Assembly (NCBI GenBank): GCA_963796685.1
Contig: CAWCMR010000015.1
Location: 256,001-320,000, forward strand
Length of the DNA stretch: 64,000 nucleotides
Reading direction: 5' to 3'
From: an uncultured delta proteobacterium
Lineage (GTDB): Bacteria; Myxococcota_A; Polyangia; Fen-1088
In this document: positions 1 to 9,016 of the stretch, in pieces
How positions within the stretch are numbered: the first letter of the stretch is position 1
Layout: every line of letters starts with the position of its first letter
Notes under the pieces: model-generated
What the model saw: the letters and a program-made list of their open reading frames with translations, nothing else
Databases searched by the model: none
What the model was told of the DNA's origin: nothing
Program-made: the position numbers and the translations under genes

Positions 1-1
1 G

Positions 2-931
2 TTCGACACCAGCTTCAGCGCCGACCTCACCATCATGGAGGAGGCCTCCGAGTTGGTGCACCGGATCAAGACCGGCGGAAAGCTGCCGATGTTCACCAGT
101 TGTTCGCCAGGCTGGATCAAGTTCATGGAGACGTTCTACCCGGACATGCTCGGGCACTTGTCGACGTGCAAGAGCCCGCAGCAGATGCTGGGGGCCATCA
201 CCAAGAGCTACTTCGCTCAGCGCGAAGGCATCGATCCGACCAAGATCGTCAGCGTGTCCATCATGCCGTGCACGGCCAAGAAGTTCGAGGCGGGCCGGCC
301 CGAGATGACCCAGGCCTACAACCCCGATGTGGACTACGTCCTCACCACGCGCGAGGCGGCTCAGCTTCTGCGCATGAGCGGCGTGGGCATGACCGGCATC
401 GAACCGGAATCGGCCGACACGCCCTTCGGCGAGCGCTCGACGGCGGGCAAGATCTTCGGCGCCTCGGGTGGCGTGATGGAGGCGGCGGTTCGCACGGCGC
501 ACTGGATGATCACGGGCAAAGAGTTGCCCGGTCTCGACGTCCAGCCGCTGCGCGGGCTCGATGGCGCCAAGGAGCTGAAGGCCAACATCGGCGGCATCGA
601 GGTCGGCGCCGCGGTGGTCAGCGGTCTCGGCAACGCACGCGCCCTGGTCGAGCAGATCCGCGCGGGTCGCAAAGACCTTCACTTCATCGAGGTCATGACC
701 TGTCCCGGCGGCTGCATCAACGGCGGCGGTCAGCCGCTGCACTCCGACAAACAGGCGGTCCTCGCGCGCATGAAGAAGCTGTACAACCTGGACAAGGACG
801 CCACCTTGCGCGTCAGCCACGACAACAAGTCGGTCAAGCGCCTGTACGAGGAATTCCTGGGTGCGCCCCTCGGTGAAAAGAGCCACCATCTGCTGCACAC
901 GCATTACTCGGCGAGAGAGGTCTTGGTGTAA
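2..931 (+). CDS. hydA: [FeFe]-hydrogenase catalytic subunit, C-terminal H-domain (5' partial)
   Basis: Frame is open from base 2 (FDTSFSADLTIMEE). H-cluster motifs FTSCSPGW, MPCTAKKFE and EVMTCPGGCINGGGQP are present, with a small-subunit-like tail SHHLLHTHY. Confidence 0.95.
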   Translation, partial: FDTSFSADLTIMEEASELVHRIKTGGKLPMFTSCSPGWIKFMETFYPDMLGHLSTCKSPQQMLGAITKSYFAQREGIDPTKIVSVSIMPCTAKKFEAGRPEMTQAYNPDVDYVLTTREAAQLLRMSGVGMTGIEPESADTPFGERSTAGKIFGASGGVMEAAVRTAHWMITGKELPGLDVQPLRGLDGAKELKANIGGIEVGAAVVSGLGNARALVEQIRAGRKDLHFIEVMTCPGGCINGGGQPLHSDKQAVLARMKKLYNLDKDATLRVSHDNKSVKRLYEEFLGAPLGEKSHHLLHTHYSAREVLV

Positions 932-933
932 CC

Positions 934-1350
934 ATGAGCGAAACAAAGACGATCCTGATTGTTGACGACGACCTCGACATCCTCGAGCAATACACCCTGC
1001 TCCTCAAGGCGGACGGCCACACGGTCGTGCAAGCCAGCAGCCTGGCCGAGGCCGAGGAGACCATCCTGACGGTTCGCCCCGATCTGGCCATCTTGGACCT
1101 GATGATGGACGAAAAGGACGCGGGCTTCGTGCTGTGCAACCAGCTCAAGCGCTTGTATGCCAACCTGCCGGTCATCATCGTGTCCAACGTCACGCCCATC
1201 ACCGGGCTCGACTTCAGGCCGCGCAACCAGGAAGAGCACTCATGGGTGCGCGCGGATGCGATTCTGAACAAGCCCATCGTCGCCGAGCGTTTGCGCGGCG
1301 AAATTGCCCGGCTGCTCAATCAAGGGCAGGCCGCGGCTGCCGTACACTAG
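934..1350 (+). CDS. Single-domain response regulator (receiver only)
   Basis: ILIVDDD...PDLAILDLMM...LNKP receiver motifs; starts 2 nt after the hydA stop. Confidence 0.9.
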   Translation: MSETKTILIVDDDLDILEQYTLLLKADGHTVVQASSLAEAEETILTVRPDLAILDLMMDEKDAGFVLCNQLKRLYANLPVIIVSNVTPITGLDFRPRNQEEHSWVRADAILNKPIVAERLRGEIARLLNQGQAAAAVH

Positions 1351-1405
1351 GGCGTGGAGAAAGCACGGCGGGTGAAGTAACCGGCATGCAAAGATGGGAG
1401 CTTCC

Positions 1406-3451
1406 ATGACCATCGCGCAGCCGAAGTGCTTCACCAAGACCGTGAAAGATCGCTGCCACGTCTGCTACACCTGCGTACGCGGTTGCCCGGCCAAGGCCAT
1501 CCGGATCCTGGACCGCCAGGCCGAGATCGTCGCCGATCGCTGCATCGGCTGCGGCAACTGCGTGCGGGTGTGCGGGCGGGGCGCCAAGAAGGTCGTCAAC
1601 ACTGTTCCCGACGTCGAAACCCTGCTCGCCGGGGGCGGGCGTGTGGCGGCCCTGGTGGCCCCCAGCTTCGCGGCCGAGTTCTACGATGTGTGCGAGGCGC
1701 AGAATCCCCAGGTGCTGGTGGGGATGCTGCGCAAGCTCGGCTTCGATCTCGTGACGGAAGTGGCGTTCGGCGCCGACCTGGTCGCGCATGCCTACCGCAA
1801 GCTCCTCGATTCGCGTCCAGCCGGGACGCGCTACATCGCCACCACGTGCCCCGCGGTGGTCGGCTACGTCGAGCGCTACTGGCCCGAGCTGGTTGGCCAT
1901 TTGGCGCCGCTGGTGTCCCCCATGGTGGCCATGGCGCGCGTCCTGCGTGCCATGCATGGGCCGGATCTGCGCACGGTCTTCATCGGGCCTTGCCTGGCCA
2001 AGAAGGTCGAGGCCAGCATGCCCGAGCTCGCTGGCGAGGTGGACGCCGTGATCACCTTCGCCGAGTTGCGCACCATGTTCCTGTCCCATGCCGTGGAGGC
2101 GGCCTCGACGCCGGGAAGCGATTTCGATCCGCCTCACGCCGGGACCGGCACCTTGTTCCCGCTCAACCGCGGGCTGTTCCAGGCCGCCGGCATCAGCGAG
2201 GATTTGGCCAGCACCGAGGCCGTGGCGGCCCACGGCGGGCCAGGGTCGTTCGTGAACGCCATCGAGGAGTTCGCGGGTGGCGACGTCGACTTCGGCCTGG
2301 TCGAGGTGCTGTGCTGCAACGGCTGCGTGTCGGGGCCGGGCATGACCTCGCACGAGAAGACCTTCCGCCGCCGTGCCCGGGTGGCCAAGTACGCCAACGA
2401 GAGCAAACGCACGCGCGACGCGACCAAGTGGTACGACGAGATGGATCGATTTTCCACCGTCGACCTCGCGCGCAAGTTCATTCCCTTCGATCAGCGCACC
2501 GCCATGCCGTCCGAGGAGGAAATTCGCCACATCCTGCGCGGCATGGGCAAGGAGAGCGAGGCCGACGAGCTCGACTGCAAGGCGTGCGGGTATTCGACCT
2601 GCCGCGAGCACGCCATCGCGATCTATCGCGGACTGGCCGAAACGCAGATGTGCCTGCCTTACGTCATCGATCGCTTCGACCACACCGTACGCCAGCTCTC
2701 CGAATCGAACCGACAGCTCGAAACCACGCAAGAGCAGCTCATGCACTCGGAGCGCCTGGCCAGCATGGGGCAGCTCGCCGCCGGCGTGGCCCACGAGCTC
2801 AACAATCCGCTCGGCGTGGTGTTGCTCTACGCGCACCTCTTGCGTGACGAGGCGAGCGAGGACTCGGGCATGCGCAAGGAGCTGACCTTGATCAGCGATC
2901 AGGCCACGCGGTGCAAGCGCATCGTGTCGGATCTGCTCGACTTCGCGCGCGAGAACAAGCTGCTGCTCGAACAGATCAGCGTCGAAGAGCTGATCAAGCG
3001 CAGTCTGGCCGGCCTGCCGTTGCCGCAGGAGATCAACATCGTCCTCGAGCTGGGCCACGTCCACCCCGAGTGCGAGGTCGATCCCGCGCAGATGATCCAG
3101 GTGCTGACCAACCTCTACAGCAATGCCTTTGCCGCCATGCCGAACGGCGGTACTCTGACCATCGCCACGCACGAGGAGGGCGAGCGCCTGATCATCAGCG
3201 TGCACGATACGGGCACGGGCATTCCGGCCGAGAACATGAAGCACATCTTCCAGCCCTTCTTCACCACCAAGCAAATCGGCAAGGGCACGGGGCTTGGCCT
3301 GGCGGTGGTATACGGAATCGTGAAAATGCACCGGGGCGACATCGTGCTCGAATCCAATGCCGATGCGGCGCGCGGTCCCACCTGGACCCGTTTCAAGGTG
3401 TCGATTCCGCACAATCAGGTCATGCAGGGCGCCGAGACGAGGATTGGCTGA
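1406..3451 (+). CDS. Sensory-type [FeFe]-hydrogenase (HydS-like, group C) fused to a histidine kinase
   Basis: N-terminal 2x[4Fe-4S] motifs (CHVCYTCVRGCP, CIGCGNCVRVC), H-domain motifs ATTCPAVV, GPCLAKKVE and EVLCCNGCVSGPG, FeS domain DCKACGYSTC...MCLPY, H-box AHELNNPL, and HATPase motifs DTGTGI and GKGTGLGL. GGAG precedes ATG 1406; ATG 1394 is an alternative start. Confidence 0.9.
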   Translation: MTIAQPKCFTKTVKDRCHVCYTCVRGCPAKAIRILDRQAEIVADRCIGCGNCVRVCGRGAKKVVNTVPDVETLLAGGGRVAALVAPSFAAEFYDVCEAQNPQVLVGMLRKLGFDLVTEVAFGADLVAHAYRKLLDSRPAGTRYIATTCPAVVGYVERYWPELVGHLAPLVSPMVAMARVLRAMHGPDLRTVFIGPCLAKKVEASMPELAGEVDAVITFAELRTMFLSHAVEAASTPGSDFDPPHAGTGTLFPLNRGLFQAAGISEDLASTEAVAAHGGPGSFVNAIEEFAGGDVDFGLVEVLCCNGCVSGPGMTSHEKTFRRRARVAKYANESKRTRDATKWYDEMDRFSTVDLARKFIPFDQRTAMPSEEEIRHILRGMGKESEADELDCKACGYSTCREHAIAIYRGLAETQMCLPYVIDRFDHTVRQLSESNRQLETTQEQLMHSERLASMGQLAAGVAHELNNPLGVVLLYAHLLRDEASEDSGMRKELTLISDQATRCKRIVSDLLDFARENKLLLEQISVEELIKRSLAGLPLPQEINIVLELGHVHPECEVDPAQMIQVLTNLYSNAFAAMPNGGTLTIATHEEGERLIISVHDTGTGIPAENMKHIFQPFFTTKQIGKGTGLGLAVVYGIVKMHRGDIVLESNADAARGPTWTRFKVSIPHNQVMQGAETRIG

Positions 3452-4614
3452 TGGGAGAGCGACTACGGGTTCTGGTTGTCGATGACGAAGAGGGTATTCG
3501 TCTCGGCGTGGCTAGGGTTCTCGAACGCTTCGTCGCCAGCTTTCCCGACATCGCGGCCGAGATCAGCTACGACATCGAGTCCGCAGCAAGCGGCGAGGAC
3601 GCGGTGGAACGCCTGCGCGATTCGCCGCCCGACATCCTGCTGCTCGATCTGAAATTGCCGGGCATCGGCGGCCTCGACGTCCTGCGCGAGGCGCGCAATC
3701 TGGAGCCACCCGTCCTGACCATCATGATCACGGCCTACGCCTCGGTGACCACCGCGGTCGAGGCGACGCGCGGCGGGACTTTCGATTTTCTGCCCAAGCC
3801 GTTCACGCCGAACGAAATCAAGGCTTGCGTCCGCCGCGCCACACGCGACCTGGTCTTGAGTCGGCAGGCGAAAAAATTGGCGGCCGAGCAGCGACGCACG
3901 CGCTTCGAGCTCATCCGGGTCCTGGTGCACGAGCTGAAGGCGCCGCTCGGCGCCGTCGAGGGCTATTTGGCCTCGATTCTGGATGGCGTGGTCAACGACG
4001 AGGAGACGCGTCGCCATGTGGTGACCCGATCCATCGCGCGCATCCAGGGCATGCGCCAGCTCATCCTCGACCTGCTCGACGTGACCCGCCTGGAGGCCGG
4101 GATGAAGGCGCGCGATTTCTCGACCGTGTCGCTGACCGACCTGGCGCGCGAGTGCGTGGATGCCCTGCGCCCGCAGGCCGAGGCCAAGCATCTGACCTTG
4201 GAGATCGTCGGTGCCCCCGATCTCGAGCTGGTCGCCGTGCGCGCCGAGCTGGAAATCGTGCTCAACAACCTGCTGACCAACGCCATCAAATACAACCGCG
4301 AGGGCGGCAGCGTGCGCGTGTCGCTGGGGCGGCACGAGGATGTCTTCGTGATCGCCGTGCACGACACCGGCTTCGGGCTTTCGCGCGACGACGCTGCCAA
4401 GCTGTTCAACGACTTCGTGCGCATCAAGAACGTGAAGACCCGCGGCATCGAGGGCTCGGGCCTCGGCCTGGCGACCGTCAAGCGCATCGCGGGCCTGTAC
4501 CACGGCGACGCCACGGTAGACTCGCAGCTCGACCAAGGAAGCACTTTCACCGTCACCCTCAAGGCAGCTGTGCCCGCAAAGGCACTGCTGCCGGAAAAGC
4601 AAGCGCAAGCATGA
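3451..4614 (+). CDS. Hybrid sensor: N-terminal receiver plus histidine kinase
   Basis: ATG overlaps the upstream TGA. Receiver motifs VLVVDDE, LLDLKLPG and FLPKPF; H-box VHELKAPL; NAIKY, DTGFG and GSGLGL boxes. Confidence 0.9.
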   Translation: MGERLRVLVVDDEEGIRLGVARVLERFVASFPDIAAEISYDIESAASGEDAVERLRDSPPDILLLDLKLPGIGGLDVLREARNLEPPVLTIMITAYASVTTAVEATRGGTFDFLPKPFTPNEIKACVRRATRDLVLSRQAKKLAAEQRRTRFELIRVLVHELKAPLGAVEGYLASILDGVVNDEETRRHVVTRSIARIQGMRQLILDLLDVTRLEAGMKARDFSTVSLTDLARECVDALRPQAEAKHLTLEIVGAPDLELVAVRAELEIVLNNLLTNAIKYNREGGSVRVSLGRHEDVFVIAVHDTGFGLSRDDAAKLFNDFVRIKNVKTRGIEGSGLGLATVKRIAGLYHGDATVDSQLDQGSTFTVTLKAAVPAKALLPEKQAQA

Positions 4615-4874
4615 AAGATCACCGCATCGTAGGTGTCCACATCACCGACCGCGCCACCCACGCCGGCGAGGTCCAAACCATCCTGAGCAAATATGGCAAG
4701 AACATCCGCACCCGGCTCGGCCTGCACGAGGTCAGCGAGGACTCGGCAGCGCCGAATGGCCTCATCATCCTGGAAGCCGTGGGAACCAACCAGGAAATCG
4801 ACGCCCTCTCCGACGAGCTGCGCCACCTCAAAGGCGTGCAAGTGCAGAGCATGTTTTTTTCACATCCTGAGTAG
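4611..4874 (+). CDS. Iron-only hydrogenase system regulator-like small protein (TM1266 family, ACT-like)
   Basis: 87 aa, MKDHRIVGVHITDR...VQTILSKYGKNIRTRLGLHEV; ATGA overlap with the upstream gene; lies before hydG. Confidence 0.75.
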   Translation: MKDHRIVGVHITDRATHAGEVQTILSKYGKNIRTRLGLHEVSEDSAAPNGLIILEAVGTNQEIDALSDELRHLKGVQVQSMFFSHPE

Positions 4875-4877
4875 ATT

Positions 4878-4981
4878 TTTCACCACAGAGGGCACAGAGA
4901 GCGCGGAGGTCGGAATGGAAGAATTTCGGATTCAAGAGCCGAAAGCCTCCTACTCTCGGCCTCGGTGCCTTTGCGGTGAAA
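4878..4981. repeat. REP-like imperfect inverted-repeat element 1 (CACAGAG type)
   Basis: Left arm TTTCACCACAGAGGGCACAGAG pairs imperfectly with right arm CTCGGTGCCTTTGCGGTGAAA. Confidence 0.65.
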
Positions 4982-5063
4982 TTCACGAGAACATTCGCCT
5001 AGAGCACCATGGGATTGCCTGGCGCTGCCGGGCCGCCGTGCAGAACGCATACAAGCCATTTTT

Positions 5064-5169
5064 TAACCACAGAGAACACAGAGGTCCGGAGAGTGAAGGG
5101 TTTTCCGGATCTCGATCCGAACCCTTCATTCCTCATCCGTCTCCGTGTTCTCTGTGTCCTCTGTGGTTA
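5064..5169. repeat. REP-like long hairpin element 2 (CACAGAG type)
   Basis: TAACCACAGAGAACACAGAG...CTCTGTGTCCTCTGTGGTTA outer stem with nested stems TGAAGGGTT/AACCCTTCA and CGGATC/GATCCG. Confidence 0.8.
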
Positions 5170-5307
5170 GAATCCGGAAATTGCCCGGGTTTCAACCCGT
5201 TCGGTGCTCTAGTGTCCCTGCCTTGCGAGGAACTCCAGGTCCTCGCGGTAAACCTGGCAGGGCAATGCAGTCTGCGCTAGTCTATCGAGGAAAGAAAGGA
5301 TTTTTCG

Positions 5308-6732
5308 ATGTTGCCCCTATCCAAAACGCTGAGCCAGCATGCCGAGGATTTTATCGACGACGCCCATTTGGAAAGGCTGGCCGGCGCCGCGGATCTGGTC
5401 GATGTGGGGCGCCTGCGCGGCGTCATCGCCAAGGCGCTCGACAAGCAGGCTTTGACCGTCGAGGAAACCGCGGTCCTTCTGCACGCCCGCGATCCGGAGC
5501 TGCGCGAGGAAGTGTTCGCGGCGGCGCGCGATCTCAAACAGCGCGTGTACGGCAACCGCATCGTCCTCTTCGCGCCGCTCTACCTCGGCAATCTGTGCGT
5601 GAACAACTGCGCCTACTGCGGCTTTCAGAGCAACAACAAGGACATGGTCCGACGTACGCTGGGCATGGAGGAGATCCGCCAGCAGGTGGTGGCCATGGAA
5701 AATCAGGGCCACAAGCGCCTCATCGTGGTGTTCGGCGAGCACCCGCGCTACGACGCCGACTTCATCGCCAGTTGCATCCGCGATATCTACGACGTGACGA
5801 GCGGGCACGGCGAGATCCGGCGCGCCAACGTGAACGCGGCCCCGTTCGACCACGCGGGTTTCAAGACCATCAAGGCCGCCGGCATCGGCACGTATCAGAT
5901 CTTCATGGAGACGTACCATCACAAGACCTACGCGCGCGTCCATCCCCACGGCACGCCGAAGGGCGACTACCTGTGGCGGCTCGATGCCCTGAGCCGCGCT
6001 TTCGAGGTGGGGCAGGACGACCTCGGCATCGGCGCGCTCTTCGGTCTGGCGAATTGGCGCTTCGATGTGCTCGGCCTGGTCAGCCATGCGGTCTTCCTGA
6101 AAGAGCGCTACGGCTGCGGGCCGCACACCATCAGCTTTCCGCGTTTGCGGCCCGCCTCTGGCGTGGATCTGGGGAACGAGAACCTGGTCGGCGACGAGGA
6201 CTTCAAATTCCTGATCGCGGTGCTGCGCCTGGCTGTGCCTTACACCGGGCTCATCCTCACCGCGCGCGAGACCGCCGATCTGCGCAAGAGCGCCATGGAA
6301 TTCGGCGTGTCCCAGATCGACGCCGGCTCGTGCGTCGAGCTGGGGGGCTACACCGAACAGACCTGCGGTCAGCGCATGGAGCGCGAGCAGTTCACGCTCG
6401 GCGACATGCGCCCGCTCGATACCGTCATTCGCGAGCTCACCGAGCAGGGGCACGTGCCCAGCTTCTGCACCGCCTGCTACCGCCTGGGCCGCACCGGCGA
6501 GCACTTCATGGAGTTCGCCATCCCCGGCTTCATCAAGCGCTTCTGCACGCCCAATGCCCTGACCACGTTCATGGAATACCTCGTCGACTACGCGACGCCG
6601 GAAACCGCCAAGTCCGGCTTGGCGCAGATTCAGGTCGAGCTCGACAAGCTGGAGGACTCGCCCATGAAGCAAACGTTGATCGAGCGGTTGGCCAAGGTGC
6701 GGGAGACCAACGAGCGGGACATGGTCTTCTAA
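5308..6732 (+). CDS. hydG: [FeFe]-hydrogenase H-cluster radical SAM maturase HydG
   Basis: FAPLYLGNLCVNNCAYC (CxxxCxxC), GPHTISFPR, and a C-terminal CxxCx22C motif (CTAC...RFC). Confidence 0.95.
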   Translation: MLPLSKTLSQHAEDFIDDAHLERLAGAADLVDVGRLRGVIAKALDKQALTVEETAVLLHARDPELREEVFAAARDLKQRVYGNRIVLFAPLYLGNLCVNNCAYCGFQSNNKDMVRRTLGMEEIRQQVVAMENQGHKRLIVVFGEHPRYDADFIASCIRDIYDVTSGHGEIRRANVNAAPFDHAGFKTIKAAGIGTYQIFMETYHHKTYARVHPHGTPKGDYLWRLDALSRAFEVGQDDLGIGALFGLANWRFDVLGLVSHAVFLKERYGCGPHTISFPRLRPASGVDLGNENLVGDEDFKFLIAVLRLAVPYTGLILTARETADLRKSAMEFGVSQIDAGSCVELGGYTEQTCGQRMEREQFTLGDMRPLDTVIRELTEQGHVPSFCTACYRLGRTGEHFMEFAIPGFIKRFCTPNALTTFMEYLVDYATPETAKSGLAQIQVELDKLEDSPMKQTLIERLAKVRETNERDMVF

Positions 6733-6733
6733 G

Positions 6734-7891
6734 TCACAGCAGTTTGTCGTTCCACAGCTCGTCGAGGAATGTTCGCCAGGGGAGGCAACGGATGGAGCCT
6801 TGCTTGGTTTCGATGGGATCTTCGGAAACGAGAAAGAACTGGCGCAAGATTTTCTCTTCGGCGAGCGCGGTCAGCCCGCGGAGGTCGGAGGCTCCAACAT
6901 GCCGGGTGGCCTTGGTTTCGACAGCGAGGTGATCGCCGACGACGAAGTCGACCTCGTGGTCGGCGGTGGAGCGCCAATAGCGGAGCTCTTCATGACGGCG
7001 TCGGTAGCCGAGATAGGCCCGTAGCTCCATGGCGATCCATTGCTCGAAGCTGCGGCCGTAGAGGTCGGAATTGCGGTCGAGAGTGCGCGTTCCGCTGAGC
7101 GCGTGCGCGACGCCGGTGTCGAAGAAGTAGAACTTGGCGGTAGCAATGGCTTTCCGCTTCTTCGACTTGGTCCAGGCGGGAAGCAGAAACCCCACCAGGG
7201 TGTCTTCCAGGAGGAAATAGTGCTCGCGCACCGTGGCCGCGGGCAGACCGGCATCGTTGCCGATCTTGGCGAAGTTCAGCATCTGGCCGTTGGTCGAGGC
7301 CGCCGTGGTCAGGAATCGGGTGAAGGCCGGAAGACGGCGTACCAGGCCTTCTGCCTGGATCTCCTCGTGCAAGTAGGTTCGCACGTAGGCGTGCAACTCC
7401 TCCTCGGGCTCATCGCTCAGCACGACCGGAGGGAGGCCTCCATAGCGAAGAAATCTCGGCAGGTCGAACTTGGGGATCTCCGCGTAGGTCAAGGGATAGA
7501 GGTTCGCCGTCCAGGCGCGTCCACCAAGGAGGTTGGCGTGGCCGTGCCTGAGCTTGCGGGCGCTGCTCCCCGTGAGAACGAAGCGCATGCCACGCTCCTC
7601 GATCAACCGGTGGACTTCGTCGAGAATGTGCGGAATCTTCTGAACCTCGTCGATCACGATGGGCGCGGTCGCTGCCCGGCGGTCCGCATCGATCATCGCT
7701 TCAAGGAGGTTGGGGCTGGCGGAGAGCCGGAGAAAGAGATCGGAACGTAGGAGGTCGATGACGACCGCCTGGCCGCCGAGCTGTTGGCGGACGAGGAAGC
7801 TCTTCCCCGTCATGCGCGGTCCGAGGAGGAAGAAGGACTTCTTCTTGACCAGCGCGGCGAGATCCAGGGCCCGTCTGATGTTGGATATCAT
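6734..7891 (-). CDS. AAA_14 / DUF4143 ATP-binding protein
   Basis: Walker A GPRMTGKS, IDEVQK, LTGSSARKL, KFYFFDTG, and C-terminal EVDFVV...VETK (nuclease-like motif). Confidence 0.85.
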   Translation of the reverse strand: MISNIRRALDLAALVKKKSFFLLGPRMTGKSFLVRQQLGGQAVVIDLLRSDLFLRLSASPNLLEAMIDADRRAATAPIVIDEVQKIPHILDEVHRLIEERGMRFVLTGSSARKLRHGHANLLGGRAWTANLYPLTYAEIPKFDLPRFLRYGGLPPVVLSDEPEEELHAYVRTYLHEEIQAEGLVRRLPAFTRFLTTAASTNGQMLNFAKIGNDAGLPAATVREHYFLLEDTLVGFLLPAWTKSKKRKAIATAKFYFFDTGVAHALSGTRTLDRNSDLYGRSFEQWIAMELRAYLGYRRRHEELRYWRSTADHEVDFVVGDHLAVETKATRHVGASDLRGLTALAEEKILRQFFLVSEDPIETKQGSIRCLPWRTFLDELWNDKLL

Positions 7892-8017
7892 AGTTAATGA
7901 TTATGATGATAAACAGCGATAGCCACAATGGCTATATGGACGTTCGAGGTCCATCCGGAACGCGCCGGTTGCACCAGGTGGACGTCGCCGCGAAATCGGC
8001 TAAGGTCTTCGTGGACC

Positions 8018-8980
8018 ATGCGGAAGACAAGACGCTACGCCATCCTGGGCACGGGCGCGCTGGGGGGATTTTACGGCGCGCGACTTGCCCGCGCCGGAGC
8101 CGATGTGTGCTTCCTGCTGCGCGGCGATTTCGAGCACGTGCGCACGCACGGCTTAGTGATTGACTCGAAGGACGGCGACTTCACGTTGCCCTCGGTGCAG
8201 GCGTATCGCAATGTCCGCGAGATGCCCCCCTGCGATGTCGCCGTCGTGGCGCTCAAGGCCACGCAGAATCACTTGCTGCCCTCGCTGTTGCCGCCCGTGC
8301 TGGCCGACGATGGCGTGGTGTTGTTGATGCAGAACGGGCTGGGCGGCGAGAAGGAGGCGGCACGGGCGGCGCCCGGGCACGCGGTGCTGGCGGGGCTGTG
8401 CTTCTTGTGCTCGAACAAGGTCGGGCCGGGCCACATCCGCCATCTCGACTACGGCACCGTGCGCTTCGCCGCCTACTCGACCAGCGGGGAAACCGCCGAG
8501 ACCGCCGAGGTGAGGGAGCGCATGCAGGGGATCGCCAAGGATTTCGCCGATGCCGGCCTCCAAGTCGACATCAAGGACGACCTCCTGCTGGCGCGCTGGC
8601 AGAAGCTGGTGTGGAACGTGCCCATGAGCGGTCTTTCGGTGGTGCTGGACGCGAATACGCAGGCGCTGATGGCAGACCCGCATACGCGAGCCCTGGCCGA
8701 GGACATCATGCGCGAGGTGGTGGCGGGGGCGCGGGCCTGCGGCCGGGCCATCCACGATAGCTTCGTGCGGAAGATGCTCGACATGACCCTGGCCATGCCA
8801 CCCTATCGGGCCAGCATGAAGATCGATTTCGACGAGGGTAAACCCATGGAGGTCGAAGCCATCTACGGCAATCCTCTGCGCGCTGCCCGTCAGGCCGGGG
8901 CCGCTCTTCCGCTCATCGAAACGCTCTACCGGCAGCTCAAGTTCCTCGATGCGCGGACGACGAAACCCAAGCCGGGGTAG
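8018..8980 (+). CDS. panE: 2-dehydropantoate 2-reductase (ApbA/PanE family)
   Basis: GTGALGGFYG, ALKA, QNGLG, WQKLVWN and SMKID...PMEVEAI motifs; start chosen at ATG 8018. Confidence 0.85.
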   Translation: MRKTRRYAILGTGALGGFYGARLARAGADVCFLLRGDFEHVRTHGLVIDSKDGDFTLPSVQAYRNVREMPPCDVAVVALKATQNHLLPSLLPPVLADDGVVLLMQNGLGGEKEAARAAPGHAVLAGLCFLCSNKVGPGHIRHLDYGTVRFAAYSTSGETAETAEVRERMQGIAKDFADAGLQVDIKDDLLLARWQKLVWNVPMSGLSVVLDANTQALMADPHTRALAEDIMREVVAGARACGRAIHDSFVRKMLDMTLAMPPYRASMKIDFDEGKPMEVEAIYGNPLRAARQAGAALPLIETLYRQLKFLDARTTKPKPG

Positions 8981-9016
8981 TCGCGGAGCGAAGGCGCGCG
9001 TGCTAGAGCCTAGGCA

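Noticed and set aside
4693-5280. 195-aa ORF between the regulator and hydG
   Set aside because: It overlaps the TM1266-like gene out of frame and runs through the two hairpin repeats; no protein-like features.
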